This document shows positions 39,800 to 49,804 of a stretch of DNA of 64,000 bases, piece by piece. How positions within the stretch are numbered: position 1 is the stretch's first letter; every line of letters starts with the position of its first letter. The stretch spans positions 32,001 to 96,000 of the forward strand of contig JAGSHN010000032.1 in the NCBI GenBank assembly GCA_029855935.1, read 5' to 3'. Below the pieces are notes generated by a model. It made no database searches, had not been told where the DNA came from, and worked only from the letters and a program-made list of their open reading frames with translations. This DNA comes from Candidatus Thorarchaeota archaeon. Lineage in GTDB: Archaea; Asgardarchaeota; Thorarchaeia; Thorarchaeales; Thorarchaeaceae. The translations under genes and the position numbers were made by a program.

Positions 39800-40756
39800 T
39801 CAGACGAGGTTCTTGATACGCAGGTAGACAAGGAGTGGTACAGTGATTATAAGACTGAGTGCAACGAGAAAGACAAAGGCGAACGGCTCATTCTGAAGCG
39901 GGAGTCCCACATTCATCCCGTAGAGACTGGCAATCAGTGTGGGCACCATCACCACAAGGGAGATGGATGTCAGTGTCTTCATGACGCGGTTGAGGTTGTG
40001 GCTCACGATGCTGTCGTAGGCATTCATTGCATTCTCAATGAGGTCCCTGTAGATTGCGCTGAGCTCGAGCTGCTGCTGAAGGTCCACCTCAAGGTCCTCA
40101 AGCCTCTCGTCGTCAAGGACCATCCTGCCAATCGAATGGAGTCTCTTCAGTCTCCGCAGCACCTTCATGTCTGCCTTCAGCGCAGCCTCCATGAACACGG
40201 CGTCACGCGAGAGCTGGAAAAAGCGGTCGAGCTGCGACGGGTATATCTCGGTGAAGATCGAGTCCTCGATGCTGTTGATTGTCGCCTCTATCACATCGAG
40301 CATATGCTCGAAAGAGCTGATGACAATCTCCCAGAGGACATAGATGACCTCTGCTGCAGTTGTGCATAGACGTATCTTTGACATCATCCTCTGCTTCCTC
40401 AGGGGTATCCTCTGATGCCTAAGGATGACGACGTCCCGGCCGTTGGTGAAGATACCTATTGGATAAGTGGAGTACTCACGGTCCGGCTCCTCTAGGTTGA
40501 CGGGCACACGCAAGACCATCATCGTGAACCTATCCTGCACCTGCAGTCTTGGCCGCTCATCGAGGTCCTGCAGGTCCCTCAGGTCGTCAAGGTCGATGTC
40601 GAAGTGTTCCGATATCTTGATGAGGTCTTCCTCACGAATCTCCTGTACCTCAATCAGGAGCGGCTCATCCGGCGCCTCTTCGAAGCTCGGGTACTCGATG
40701 CCGCTCTCTAGGGCCATTATGGAGAACACTCTCTCTGTGTCGCTGGACTTGCTCAT
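39800..40756 (-). CDS. corA: CorA-family Mg/Co transporter
   Basis: DLDERPR, LNRVMKTLT, YGMNV, two C-terminal TMs. Confidence 0.93.
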   Translation of the reverse strand: MSKSSDTERVFSIMALESGIEYPSFEEAPDEPLLIEVQEIREEDLIKISEHFDIDLDDLRDLQDLDERPRLQVQDRFTMMVLRVPVNLEEPDREYSTYPIGIFTNGRDVVILRHQRIPLRKQRMMSKIRLCTTAAEVIYVLWEIVISSFEHMLDVIEATINSIEDSIFTEIYPSQLDRFFQLSRDAVFMEAALKADMKVLRRLKRLHSIGRMVLDDERLEDLEVDLQQQLELSAIYRDLIENAMNAYDSIVSHNLNRVMKTLTSISLVVMVPTLIASLYGMNVGLPLQNEPFAFVFLVALSLIITVPLLVYLRIKNLV

Positions 40757-40869
40757 CGAGAATACCCAGATGTCTTCTGCGAACGGCGAGTTATGAATCT
40801 GACTGAGGCGCGTACATCAGCTGCGAGATGAGTGTGACAAGCGTTGCCCCTCGGAGTCGCTCTTGGGGG

Positions 40870-41430
40870 TCACCATCTGTCCCAGTGGGCAATCTCAGAC
40901 AAGTCTCTCCTCGACTTGGGCGCGTACTCCTTCGCCTTTGTTTCCTCGTCCAAGGTCGCAGGATCTGCTGGATGGCCGAAGAAGACCACCGTGACGACTC
41001 GGTATTCCTCTGGTATCCCGAGTGTGGTCTTCAGTCTCTCCTCGTTCCATCCTGCGGTGGGATGGCCCATCAGACCCACGTGCACGGCCTGCAACAGCAT
41101 GTTCTCTACAGCAAGGCCCACGTCCATCATATGATACGGTAGGCCATGTGCCCCGCAGCCACCATCCTCCCGGGTCGCCACCACGATCATCAAGGGCGCG
41201 TTCTTTGCCCATGCGTTGCCTCTGCTCAGTGCCTCGTGGGCCTGCTCCAGAACCTCTCTGCTACGGATCACGACAAAGTCCCATGCCTGTGTGTTCGCGC
41301 AGGACGGGGCGAGTCTTCCAGCCTCAAGGATCAGTCTGACATCATCGTCGGAGACCGGAGTATCTGAGAACGCACGACCGCTTCGTCTGTGCACTATCTC
41401 GGGTAGCAAACTCTTCTCCATGTTGGGCAC
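40870..41430 (-). CDS. Nitroreductase family protein
   Basis: RRSGRAF, APSCANTQAW, DVGLAVENMLLQA. Confidence 0.93.
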   Translation of the reverse strand: MPNMEKSLLPEIVHRRSGRAFSDTPVSDDDVRLILEAGRLAPSCANTQAWDFVVIRSREVLEQAHEALSRGNAWAKNAPLMIVVATREDGGCGAHGLPYHMMDVGLAVENMLLQAVHVGLMGHPTAGWNEERLKTTLGIPEEYRVVTVVFFGHPADPATLDEETKAKEYAPKSRRDLSEIAHWDRW

Positions 41431-41703
41431 CAGGTCCTCAGTATGTGCTGTGCTCGGGATATGGCTTGTGGTGCAGGCTATGGCACGAGGGGACTGCCGG
41501 GCGTCTATGCCAATTTGCGTTGCGCGTGTTCAAGGTGACTCATTGCTGTGCGGAGGCCCCAGCGAGAGCACGAGAAGACGGAGCACGGAGCACACACTTG
41601 GGCGACAGTGTTGGCATGTTGGGCTGAGTATGCTGGGTGTCGGCTATGGCCAACTGGGGGTCCTCTGCTGACGAGCACAGTCACTGGGGCCAGAGCCGCC
41701 TGT

Positions 41704-42147
41704 TCAGCCTTGACTGGCCTGTACGCCATAGATGATGCCGGCAAGTATTCCGAACACCCCGGCCAGGACAGATGGGCCAACGATTGCTATCGCCGCCGCG
41801 TCGCCTATGCTGTAGGAGAGCAGATCAGCGTAGAGATAGGCTATCACAAGTATCAGTATACCCATCCCACAGCCGCACAGCGGTGCGGCGTCCGTAAACT
41901 GGCCCGTGGACCTACCGACGATGACAGGCCGTCCGGCATAGTCATACTCGTCCGAGTAGCGGTAGACGGGTGCCTGTGCACCAGTTGCCGCACTGTATGC
42001 GCCGTAGAACATAATGAACGCGAATATCACCGAGAGCACGGCGGCGGTGACATCATCTTCGTATACCGCCAAGGCCACACCCGCCTGGGCCAGCAGCAGG
42101 AGCCCAGAGAGCACAAAGAAGAATGCACTCAACTTTGAACCAGCCAT
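41704..42147 (-). CDS. Hypothetical 4-TM membrane protein
   Basis: 147 aa, four hydrophobic segments around a Tyr-rich loop. Confidence 0.7.
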   Translation of the reverse strand: MAGSKLSAFFFVLSGLLLLAQAGVALAVYEDDVTAAVLSVIFAFIMFYGAYSAATGAQAPVYRYSDEYDYAGRPVIVGRSTGQFTDAAPLCGCGMGILILVIAYLYADLLSYSIGDAAAIAIVGPSVLAGVFGILAGIIYGVQASQG

Positions 42148-42495
42148 TTCTATCTTCCCTTGACAAGACTCTTGGGATAGTCCTGATTGGCAAAGAAAGA
42201 GAAGCGAGTTCGTGACAGGTAGGGGTCGGAGAATCATCGCTCGGTACTGTGAACATTGACAGACAAGAGTCGATGCAAGACGCTTACAATCCCTTGCTCA
42301 TCAGCACTCAACCAATTGGTAAATAGAGCTGGCAATCTCGGTATTCAATCTTGTGGAACTCTAGACGCCAGAATTGGTGATGCATACTCTGGACCGGTTC
42401 GGTCACACTACGCGTTTCTTCCGGGAATGGGAGGCGACCTCGGGCGCTTGTCGCAAGCCTGTATCCCCAACGACGGATGAAGAGTTCTCCTCAGG

Positions 42496-43563
42496 CTATG
42501 TAGCAAAATAGTGGTCGAGGAAGAGTGTGACCCAGTCGTAGAATGACCCGAGCATTTTCCTCACGAGACCCACTGTTAGGTCGCGCCTGAGAATCATGTC
42601 GATGATGGCCTTTCTCAGGAACGGGTAGTAGTGTGGCAATGGCAGGACATTGAGAGGAAACTCCTTGTGCAACGTGAGGAAGGCGTTCACACGTTCAACC
42701 CACCTCGCGTTGATGAGGTCCTCTGAATACGTCGTTGGGTCCTCCAACACAATCGACTCGAGCTCAGCCAGCATTGGCGAGAAGATCTCGCGCTGGATCT
42801 GGTCAAATGAATAGCCGCTCACGCGGTGACTTGGCGACTCAGCAAGCCTTCTGTACAGCGCAGCAAGGTCGTCAGACCCGGGCACAGTGTAGACCTCCCG
42901 TCGCAGTCGCACGAGTCTCGAGACCTCCGATGAGATTCCTCTCGCCTTCTCAAGCACCGAGAAGACATGGATGAACATCTCACTGTCCCAAGCCGGGGAA
43001 CCGAAGATGTCCCTATACTCGCCAATCGTCTTTCTATAGGCCGCAGGGATGCGAAGCTCGTGCGGGCTGGTTATGCTCCATATGTTGAGAAAGATGAATG
43101 GCGGGAGGTCGACCTTGGTGCCCGGCGAGAGGCGATAGCTGGGGAAACAGTAGTTCCCGTCAACAACGATGAGGTCGGGCTCGAGTGGTGCCACCCCGTT
43201 CTCCTTTGCGTAGGCTGTCGGCGCGTCCCTGATCATCCCAAGGACCTGTTCGGGCGAAAGGGGACGGAACTCGCTCGGCCGGACCAAGTGCAGGTTGTCT
43301 CCTGCAGGGAGATAGTAGGCAGTGCCGAGTCCGGACAGCGAGAAGGCAGTCTCGAATCCCGTTTCGCCATCGAGCCTGATATCCCTGAGAGACTGGAAGA
43401 GGTCCTGATTCGTGTGATTGATGTCAACAGCCAGGACCTTCAGCGGCGGTGTACGTGATAGTGCCCACGTGACCAGTGCAACCGCAAGCGGAGTCTTCCC
43501 ACTGCCGCCCTTGTTGCTCGTCACAATGACCGTCTGTGGTCGTCCCATCTTCGTTGTTATCAC
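42496..43563 (-). CDS. Divergent ParA/MinD (SIMIBI) family P-loop ATPase
   Basis: Deviant Walker A NKGGSGKT, VLAVDIN, Walker B LIVVDG; long unrecognised C-terminal region. Confidence 0.8.
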   Translation of the reverse strand: MITTKMGRPQTVIVTSNKGGSGKTPLAVALVTWALSRTPPLKVLAVDINHTNQDLFQSLRDIRLDGETGFETAFSLSGLGTAYYLPAGDNLHLVRPSEFRPLSPEQVLGMIRDAPTAYAKENGVAPLEPDLIVVDGNYCFPSYRLSPGTKVDLPPFIFLNIWSITSPHELRIPAAYRKTIGEYRDIFGSPAWDSEMFIHVFSVLEKARGISSEVSRLVRLRREVYTVPGSDDLAALYRRLAESPSHRVSGYSFDQIQREIFSPMLAELESIVLEDPTTYSEDLINARWVERVNAFLTLHKEFPLNVLPLPHYYPFLRKAIIDMILRRDLTVGLVRKMLGSFYDWVTLFLDHYFAT

Positions 43564-43577
43564 CCCTTTCTGTACGT

Positions 43578-44516
43578 CTATCCAGTTCCATTCAGCAGGC
43601 CGAACACGAACGTCAGGACTGTTCCCCAGCCCACGTAGAGGATGAAGTCCATTGCGACCTGCAATGCTATCACGCCTGCAAAGGTCACCATCAGGCGCTT
43701 GATGATCGGCTCGGGGGAGGCCAGCCTGTTCAGCTCACCCTGCGCGCTCTCAAGCAGCCGAATGTTCTTCCTGAGATTTCGCATCGCATCCTCCAGCTTC
43801 GCCTTGATGTAGCCGGGGTCGTCCGAGAGTCGACCCTCCTCTAGCATTATCATAGCGTTCTTCCATCGCCGGCTGAAGTCTTCCATCGCCGATAGCACCC
43901 TGTGTCGTTTCTGCTCCACAAGCAGCTCGTACTTGTTCAGCTCGTAGACGACGACCTTGATGACCGAGGCCAACACTATGAGTGTGCCCAAGTTCAACAC
44001 GCTGCTCAGGAAGAACGTTATGCCCACTATGGGGCTCTGAGAGAAGAACTCCCGGATGATTGTCAGGCCACGAAGTCCTGCCGCCTTGTAGAGGGCGATG
44101 AACAGCAGCAACTTCAGCGTCAGGTACAGCCTCGACAGGCTCAGCCTGAGCCAGCTCCGGCTGACTGTTCCACCTGCCGAGAATGGCTTGTCGATGAAGA
44201 CGCCGAAGATTGTCCCGCCGATATTGAGCATGAACAACACGGAGACAGCGAACAGTGCAAGTCCGAGTGCAAGGCGCACCCAGCCTGTGACACTCATCAC
44301 TCCGTCATCGACGGTCTCAAGTACGTGCTGCATTGTCACAAAATCGTGTTCCGTCGCCGCACGCCACAGTGCATCTACGAGGTCTGGCCGCGAGTGTAGG
44401 TACGCAGCGAAGAACATCCCGTACAATAGGACAGCAGCGAGTGATGCAGCGAACACGGAACGGAAGAACGACCGGAGCCTGCTGTCGTTGGCTGTCCCGT
44501 AGATGGCGTGCGACAT
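43578..44516 (-). CDS. Multi-TM membrane protein with soluble coiled-coil hairpin
   Basis: About 4 TMs, ~80-aa charged helical region (YELNKYE...LNRLAS), then a C-terminal hydrophobic segment; 14 nt upstream of the ATPase. Confidence 0.75.
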   Translation of the reverse strand: MSHAIYGTANDSRLRSFFRSVFAASLAAVLLYGMFFAAYLHSRPDLVDALWRAATEHDFVTMQHVLETVDDGVMSVTGWVRLALGLALFAVSVLFMLNIGGTIFGVFIDKPFSAGGTVSRSWLRLSLSRLYLTLKLLLFIALYKAAGLRGLTIIREFFSQSPIVGITFFLSSVLNLGTLIVLASVIKVVVYELNKYELLVEQKRHRVLSAMEDFSRRWKNAMIMLEEGRLSDDPGYIKAKLEDAMRNLRKNIRLLESAQGELNRLASPEPIIKRLMVTFAGVIALQVAMDFILYVGWGTVLTFVFGLLNGTG

Positions 44517-44864
44517 TCTCGTTGCCCCCAAGCGGCATATGGGCCTCGAATGCTGTGTTAATATTGTTTGTTACTACGTCCTATGGGACAGAGCACGGCC
44601 CACGTGTCCTGACAATCCCCAGTTCAGATTCGGTGTTCACCCCACCACATTGATCAGAAACTGGGGGAGGTATGGCCCACCCGGCCCGGAGAGACGAACT
44701 GGTAGCGAATCCAATGAGTAAGGAACCGAGATATCGGGGTCTCGGAAGAGCCGAATAGTGATGGCAATTGCAATGGACTGTGTGAGAAGTCGGCAGATAG
44801 GAGTGACCACAGCATTGCGGCATTCTCATCTGACGCAGTCATCATGGGTGTTTCTGTTTGCGCT

Positions 44865-45617
44865 TCAGTAGTAGGCCCGTTCTGCTGGCGCATCATATCC
44901 CGAATATGTGTAGGGCACATACGCTTGAGTGAAGACATATGCGGCCAGAACATTCGATATCACTGATGCAGGGCCGCCAAGGAAGAAGAATATGGCTGTG
45001 GCCATAGCTACATCAGCCATACCTGTGAAGTGGCGTGCCTTCATAAACGAAACTCCGGCTAGGATGCCGTACGTGATCAGCATTATGATGGATATGACGA
45101 ATCCAAGGAAGAAGTAGTAGAGCATCCCCATTCCATAGAGTAGTAACCAGATTGCAGCAAACAGGCCGCCTCCGACCATGCCAATCCCTGCCGCAAAGAC
45201 GTGAAATCCGTCCCCGTAGTTCCTGTAGAACCCGTATATACCGACGGACTCCAATACGATTCCCAGCCCTGTCGCCATAAATCCGATGATTGGCATGTTC
45301 ACCATCAGGAATGGCCAGAATGCACAGGCAAGGATTCCTCCTGCTGCTCCGACCCAGAAGAAGTTCGGCGTTGGAACTCCCGTCGGCATAGGCTCCTCCA
45401 GTGGTGCTGCCTGAGCCAGCCCAGACTGAGAGGGGCCCTGCCCTGGTCTGGGCCGTTGTTGTCCCGGAGCCCCCCAAGGCGTCGCTCGTCCTTGCGCAAG
45501 ACAGTCCTTGCAATACAGCACTCCTTGGACGTCAACGGCACACTCCTCGCAGACGGCCTTGCCACAAGTCATGCAAGTCCCGACTGCATCACGGTCGTTG
45601 TGAACGAAGCACTTCAT
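44865..45617 (-). CDS. B-box-like zinc finger + multi-TM membrane protein
   Basis: CFVH-x7-CMTC-x4-CEEC-x10-CKDC, Pro/Gln linker, TM helices. Confidence 0.8.
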   Translation of the reverse strand: MKCFVHNDRDAVGTCMTCGKAVCEECAVDVQGVLYCKDCLAQGRATPWGAPGQQRPRPGQGPSQSGLAQAAPLEEPMPTGVPTPNFFWVGAAGGILACAFWPFLMVNMPIIGFMATGLGIVLESVGIYGFYRNYGDGFHVFAAGIGMVGGGLFAAIWLLLYGMGMLYYFFLGFVISIIMLITYGILAGVSFMKARHFTGMADVAMATAIFFFLGGPASVISNVLAAYVFTQAYVPYTYSGYDAPAERAYY

Positions 45618-46021
45618 CCCACTATGACCCTCCATGGCACGGAGATTGGCTCGGTTGTTGAACTGGCGACATATATTTGTACCTCCAACGTGTCAAACGG
45701 GCGGACACTCGTCGAGCGATACTGGTACAAACTAGCCTCCCGATGAGCACGAGATCACGAGCAGACGTGTTGTTCGGGCAGAGCGGGTGTGTCAGGGAGT
45801 AGATTCCCGAGACCTCGACGGTTTCTGGTGATGTCGAGGCAGAAGAGTCCGTGTCGACCAGCCCGCTCATATCCCTCGGGTCATCTGCGCAATTCTACAC
45901 GAGATTCGTTCTCGGGTTGCCGTACGAACACAGGCGCGCCCATTCGGAAACTGTGGGTCGCGACGAACACGACCAGACCTAGTCGCAGCCTGCCATCAGT
46001 CCTTTGGGCTGACTCGTTAGA

Positions 46022-46921
46022 TCACACACCACCCGTCCATTCCTCGCCGACTTGTGTGTCAATGTCAGTGTCCATATCTTGTTGGATTTCAGGAAGACCG
46101 GCTGGTGTATCGACTGGCCTCTCAAACGGTACATTGGCGTGGTAGAAGACGTATGCCACCAAGAGACCCTGGACAACGAGCCCCAAGAACAGAATGTAGT
46201 CGTTGACAACGGTGATAATGGTCGCAATGGCAACAATCGCGGCCGCTATCGTTGCTCTATCCCGGCCTGTGTAGTCGCGTACCAGAATGAGTGATATACC
46301 CACAAGTACCTCAGAGGCTGCCAGCATAAGAAACCCGTAACTTCCTCCCCAAAAGAAGATGAGCACAAATTCCTCCAGAATGCGGATGTAGGTGAGACAG
46401 TATAGCCCAAAGAGAAAGAAGACCCCGCCCGTGACGACGCCGAGAGTGGCAGACACAATGTGAAACGCGCCTCCGTAGTTCCAGTAGAAACCTACAAGGC
46501 CCACAGATAGAATCATTATACCCAGGCCCACGACTAGTAACGACGTGAAGAATAGGTAATCTAGTCCAATATACCAATGGAGCGGGGCCAACCCCGATAC
46601 GGCCATCAGAATACCACCAAGGAATCCTGCCATGAAGAAATTCCTGGAGGGACTACGTGTTGCTCTCAGACCCGCACGTGGTTGCAGTCCTCCGTATGGC
46701 GGTGGTTTCGGTTGTCTTGGCTGAGGTCGTAGTGGCCTGACCTGTCGGGGTCGGGCCTGTGGCTGTGGTCGACGTTGCTCGGATGCGGCCCGTCCGGTTG
46801 ACAGGCAGTTCTTGCAGTAGAGAATCCCTTGAACCAGAACCGCGCACTCCTTGCAGACGGCCTTTCCGCAGGTCGTACAGGTGCCCACACCGTCACGATC
46901 CGGGTGTACATAACATTTCAA
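46022..46921 (-). CDS. B-box-like zinc finger + multi-TM membrane protein (paralog)
   Basis: CYVH-x7-CTTC-x4-CKEC-x10-CKNC; shares NFF.AG, GFY.NYG..FH and TG motifs with its neighbour. Confidence 0.8.
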   Translation of the reverse strand: MKCYVHPDRDGVGTCTTCGKAVCKECAVLVQGILYCKNCLSTGRAASEQRRPQPQARPRQVRPLRPQPRQPKPPPYGGLQPRAGLRATRSPSRNFFMAGFLGGILMAVSGLAPLHWYIGLDYLFFTSLLVVGLGIMILSVGLVGFYWNYGGAFHIVSATLGVVTGGVFFLFGLYCLTYIRILEEFVLIFFWGGSYGFLMLAASEVLVGISLILVRDYTGRDRATIAAAIVAIATIITVVNDYILFLGLVVQGLLVAYVFYHANVPFERPVDTPAGLPEIQQDMDTDIDTQVGEEWTGGV

Positions 46922-47095
46922 CTCAGTACTACCCCCAAGGATAGTGGAATGTTGTGACGGCCTGCTGGAGTGGCTTATATTTCTACTTGCGGCGTGCAGC
47001 TACGTAGAGCTGTTGGCTGGTCATGCCCGTCACTAGTGGTATATGTCATGCGAGATATGAAGCATCACGCAGTCCTCGGCATATGTGGAGTGGTG

Positions 47096-47939
47096 TTGAC
47101 TGACACGGAGATTGACTGTTGTATATAGGGTGGTCCTACAATGGCGCCTTGTCTTCTTTGATGAGGTCGTAGGGATGGTCCAGACAGTGCTCGGTCGTGA
47201 TGTTTCGCGACAGTACATCCACTGCAGGTATGTTCGAGGTCTACTTGATATCGGGCGAATTGCGTGGATTCGCCGTGGACGGTACTCTGCACCTACGTCT
47301 GACAGGTTGTGGGGGCCACGAGCACCACGCGGTGGTACCGTACAAGACCCGTCCACCGGGGTATTGAGCTGCCTTGAGGCGTTCGAGGTGTAGGGTGCGA
47401 ACTGTCCATTTGATGCGTTCACGTCAGAGATATGCGTCCGTTGAGAGGGCTGCTTCTCGCCATTCATATACGAAGGCGGGCGGATGAGGCCGATGGTCGT
47501 GGATAACACGGAGAGTGAGATTGTCGAGGTCCGCTACGGCATTCACACATACCGCGTTCGTGTGAGCAGGCGTGGGTGCATATTTCTCTACCGCATCGAG
47601 AGGTCCAGTCGGGTGTCAAACTGGGAGAGCGTCTTCAAGAGCCTTGCATGACTGAGAGGCGTCGACTTGAGGAAACTGAAACGCCTCCTCTATGAACGGA
47701 ATAATCAGATGCTGCTGCGCAAGGCGTGGCTGATGTCTGAGCTGCCGACGTATGAATCCACTCTCTATAGGAAAGGGGACGCAATGTTGTTGCTTGACCG
47801 CATCGTTGACCGCATACAGGGGCCTCCGCGGTACTCGTTTCAATACAACGACACGCGCTATTCTGCCTTTGGCACGATGCACGTCGACCCGTGGCGGCTC
47901 TACGTGCCTCCAACCTTGAGGTTGTGCTGCGCGGCATAG
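47096..47939 (+). pseudogene. Degenerate AbiEi-like (type IV TA) antitoxin/regulator
   Basis: One frame with stops at 47391, 47442 and 47649: ...IAWIRRGRY...GVLSCLEAFEV*G...WESVFKSLA*LRGVDLRKL...NQMLLRKA...WRLYVP. Confidence 0.65.
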
Positions 47940-48042
47940 CCTCAACAAGCCAGTCGATTCTTCGTGTCGCGTGGCCAAGGGAGGATTAAAAGACTAGCGA
48001 GGTTCTATGTACCTCGTGGTCGCCCCAGTGTCGGCAGAATAT

Positions 48043-48540
48043 CTAGTCCCCGAATGGAGGAAGCCAGCCGTGGTAGCCCATCGATAGCACATAGGCCCTC
48101 TTCGTGACTCTATGAGAGATTCGTAGTGCTGCGTACACCGCCTCCGATCCTGTCTTGAAATATGCCGCACGGCCTGCAACGGAGAGGTTGCGGATGAGCC
48201 ACTCTGCGACTTCAACCTCGGCCGGATGCCGAATGGAGAGGCTCAGGCCCTCGTCAAGTTCAAGTCTAATGGCCCGGAGTAGGTCGCGGTCGCAGTGGCC
48301 GAGAATCACGGTCCCGCTTCCCAAAAAGAGGTCGACGTACTTGTTCCCAGCAACATCCCATACGTACGCACCCCGGCCTTGGAGAAATATCTTGATTGAG
48401 GGCTGGAACACGCTAGGTTGTTCTCAACCATTAGGGGCAGGCGGAACGTTCCCATCGGCTGCACAAGTCCCCCCACTTGTTATGTCTGGGCAACGAAGGA
48501 GGATTTCCAGCTCTTCGAGGAGATCTCCTCGCAAACCGAG
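48043..48540 (-). pseudogene. Fragment of class-III aminotransferase (GSA-aminomutase-like)
   Basis: GRGAYVWDVAGNKYVD, LGH, KTGSEA, YHGW, then truncated; in-frame TGA at 48424-48426. Confidence 0.8.
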
Positions 48541-49007
48541 CCGCAAACGGCCAACACATTGATTCAACGGAAACAACGCGATGATATGAAGCAGGTTTTC
48601 GTACAGAGTCCGCCGCCTAGGCTGACACTGCCTCAGAGGGGCAGGTCGACCTGCCGAAGAGGCTCGTACCACAGCACCAGTTCCGGCAGGTTTGAGCACT
48701 GACCTAGAGGTCACGTCAAGGGAGCGATCTTTTCCTCCACGGGACGAACCCCCTCCGCATTCGACGGGCGCCCTTCCATTCTATCCTCAAGCATTGGCAA
48801 GCTCGACTACCCTCAGCGACCGGTCGCGACAGAAGTGTCCGCCGGAGGGGCAATGCAATCTGTCAGGGGTGAGATGCCGTCCTACAGGGCCGAAGAACAC
48901 TTATGAGTTACTACCACTGTTGACTCTGAGCAGAGGTTCGACATTGGGACCCCGATTGGGCCCGATCAACTGCGTAATGCTGCTCGTGGCTTGATGGGGG
49001 AGAAGGT

Positions 49008-49634
49008 GTGAAACGCTTGAAGATGGAAGTGGACGGACTGATTCCTCTCCCTGAGTCCTCAAATGAGAGGGCGGTAGATGTCCTGACCAGGGCATTCTCG
49101 AACGATGCGCTTGAGGCCTACTTTTTTCCCGACGAGGCCGAACGTCGGAGGCTGGCACCGATGTTCCACAGGTATCGTCTGAATCAGGCAAGACTCTACG
49201 GGACCGTGCTCACCACATCCCCAGATGTGGAGGGCGTCGCTGTCTGGATCCACTCGTCCTCTGGCAAGGGTCTCATAGCGACATTCAGAGGCGGTGGCCT
49301 CTGGATGGTTCCACGAATCGGAATGAAGCGGCTGAAGAGGATGCTCAGGTATAAGGAGTTCGCCGTTGGCCAGAGGGAGAAGTATGCACCAGAGCCGCAC
49401 ATGCATCTGACCTCAGTCGCGGTGGATCCCGAGCTACAGGGGCAGGGGTTCTGCAGCAAGACGTTGCGCCCTGTGTTCGCCTATCTCGACAAGATTGGGC
49501 TTCCGTGCTATCTTGAGACTCAGAGCGCGAGGAATGTTTCAATCTATGAGCACTACGGGTTCGAGGTCGTCTCTGAGGCTGAAGTACCAGATTCGGACTT
49601 GACGTACTGGGGCATGGTGCGCTCACCGCAATGA
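49008..49634 (+). CDS. GNAT acetyltransferase
   Basis: VAVDPELQGQG, CYLETQSARNVSIYEHYGF. Confidence 0.9.
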   Translation: MKRLKMEVDGLIPLPESSNERAVDVLTRAFSNDALEAYFFPDEAERRRLAPMFHRYRLNQARLYGTVLTTSPDVEGVAVWIHSSSGKGLIATFRGGGLWMVPRIGMKRLKRMLRYKEFAVGQREKYAPEPHMHLTSVAVDPELQGQGFCSKTLRPVFAYLDKIGLPCYLETQSARNVSIYEHYGFEVVSEAEVPDSDLTYWGMVRSPQ

Positions 49635-49804
49635 GCGACCACTTATCCGGGCTCTGGTCGACGGCGAGCCTATGGGATCACGGCGGCCATCAGACTGAGG
49701 GTGTGTTCCCCAGACTATCTGCCCAAATTTGGTCTCTCCAGTGGCAACTGTTCCAGTGTCATCTGTGCAGCAGCTGATGACGTTTCTGCAGACGTGTTGC
49801 CTCA

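Noticed and set aside
47391-48426. In-frame TGA codons as selenocysteine or recoded stops
   Set aside because: They occur with a TAG, a frameshift and a truncation, are not at Cys-motif positions, and no SECIS was recognised; decay is the simpler explanation
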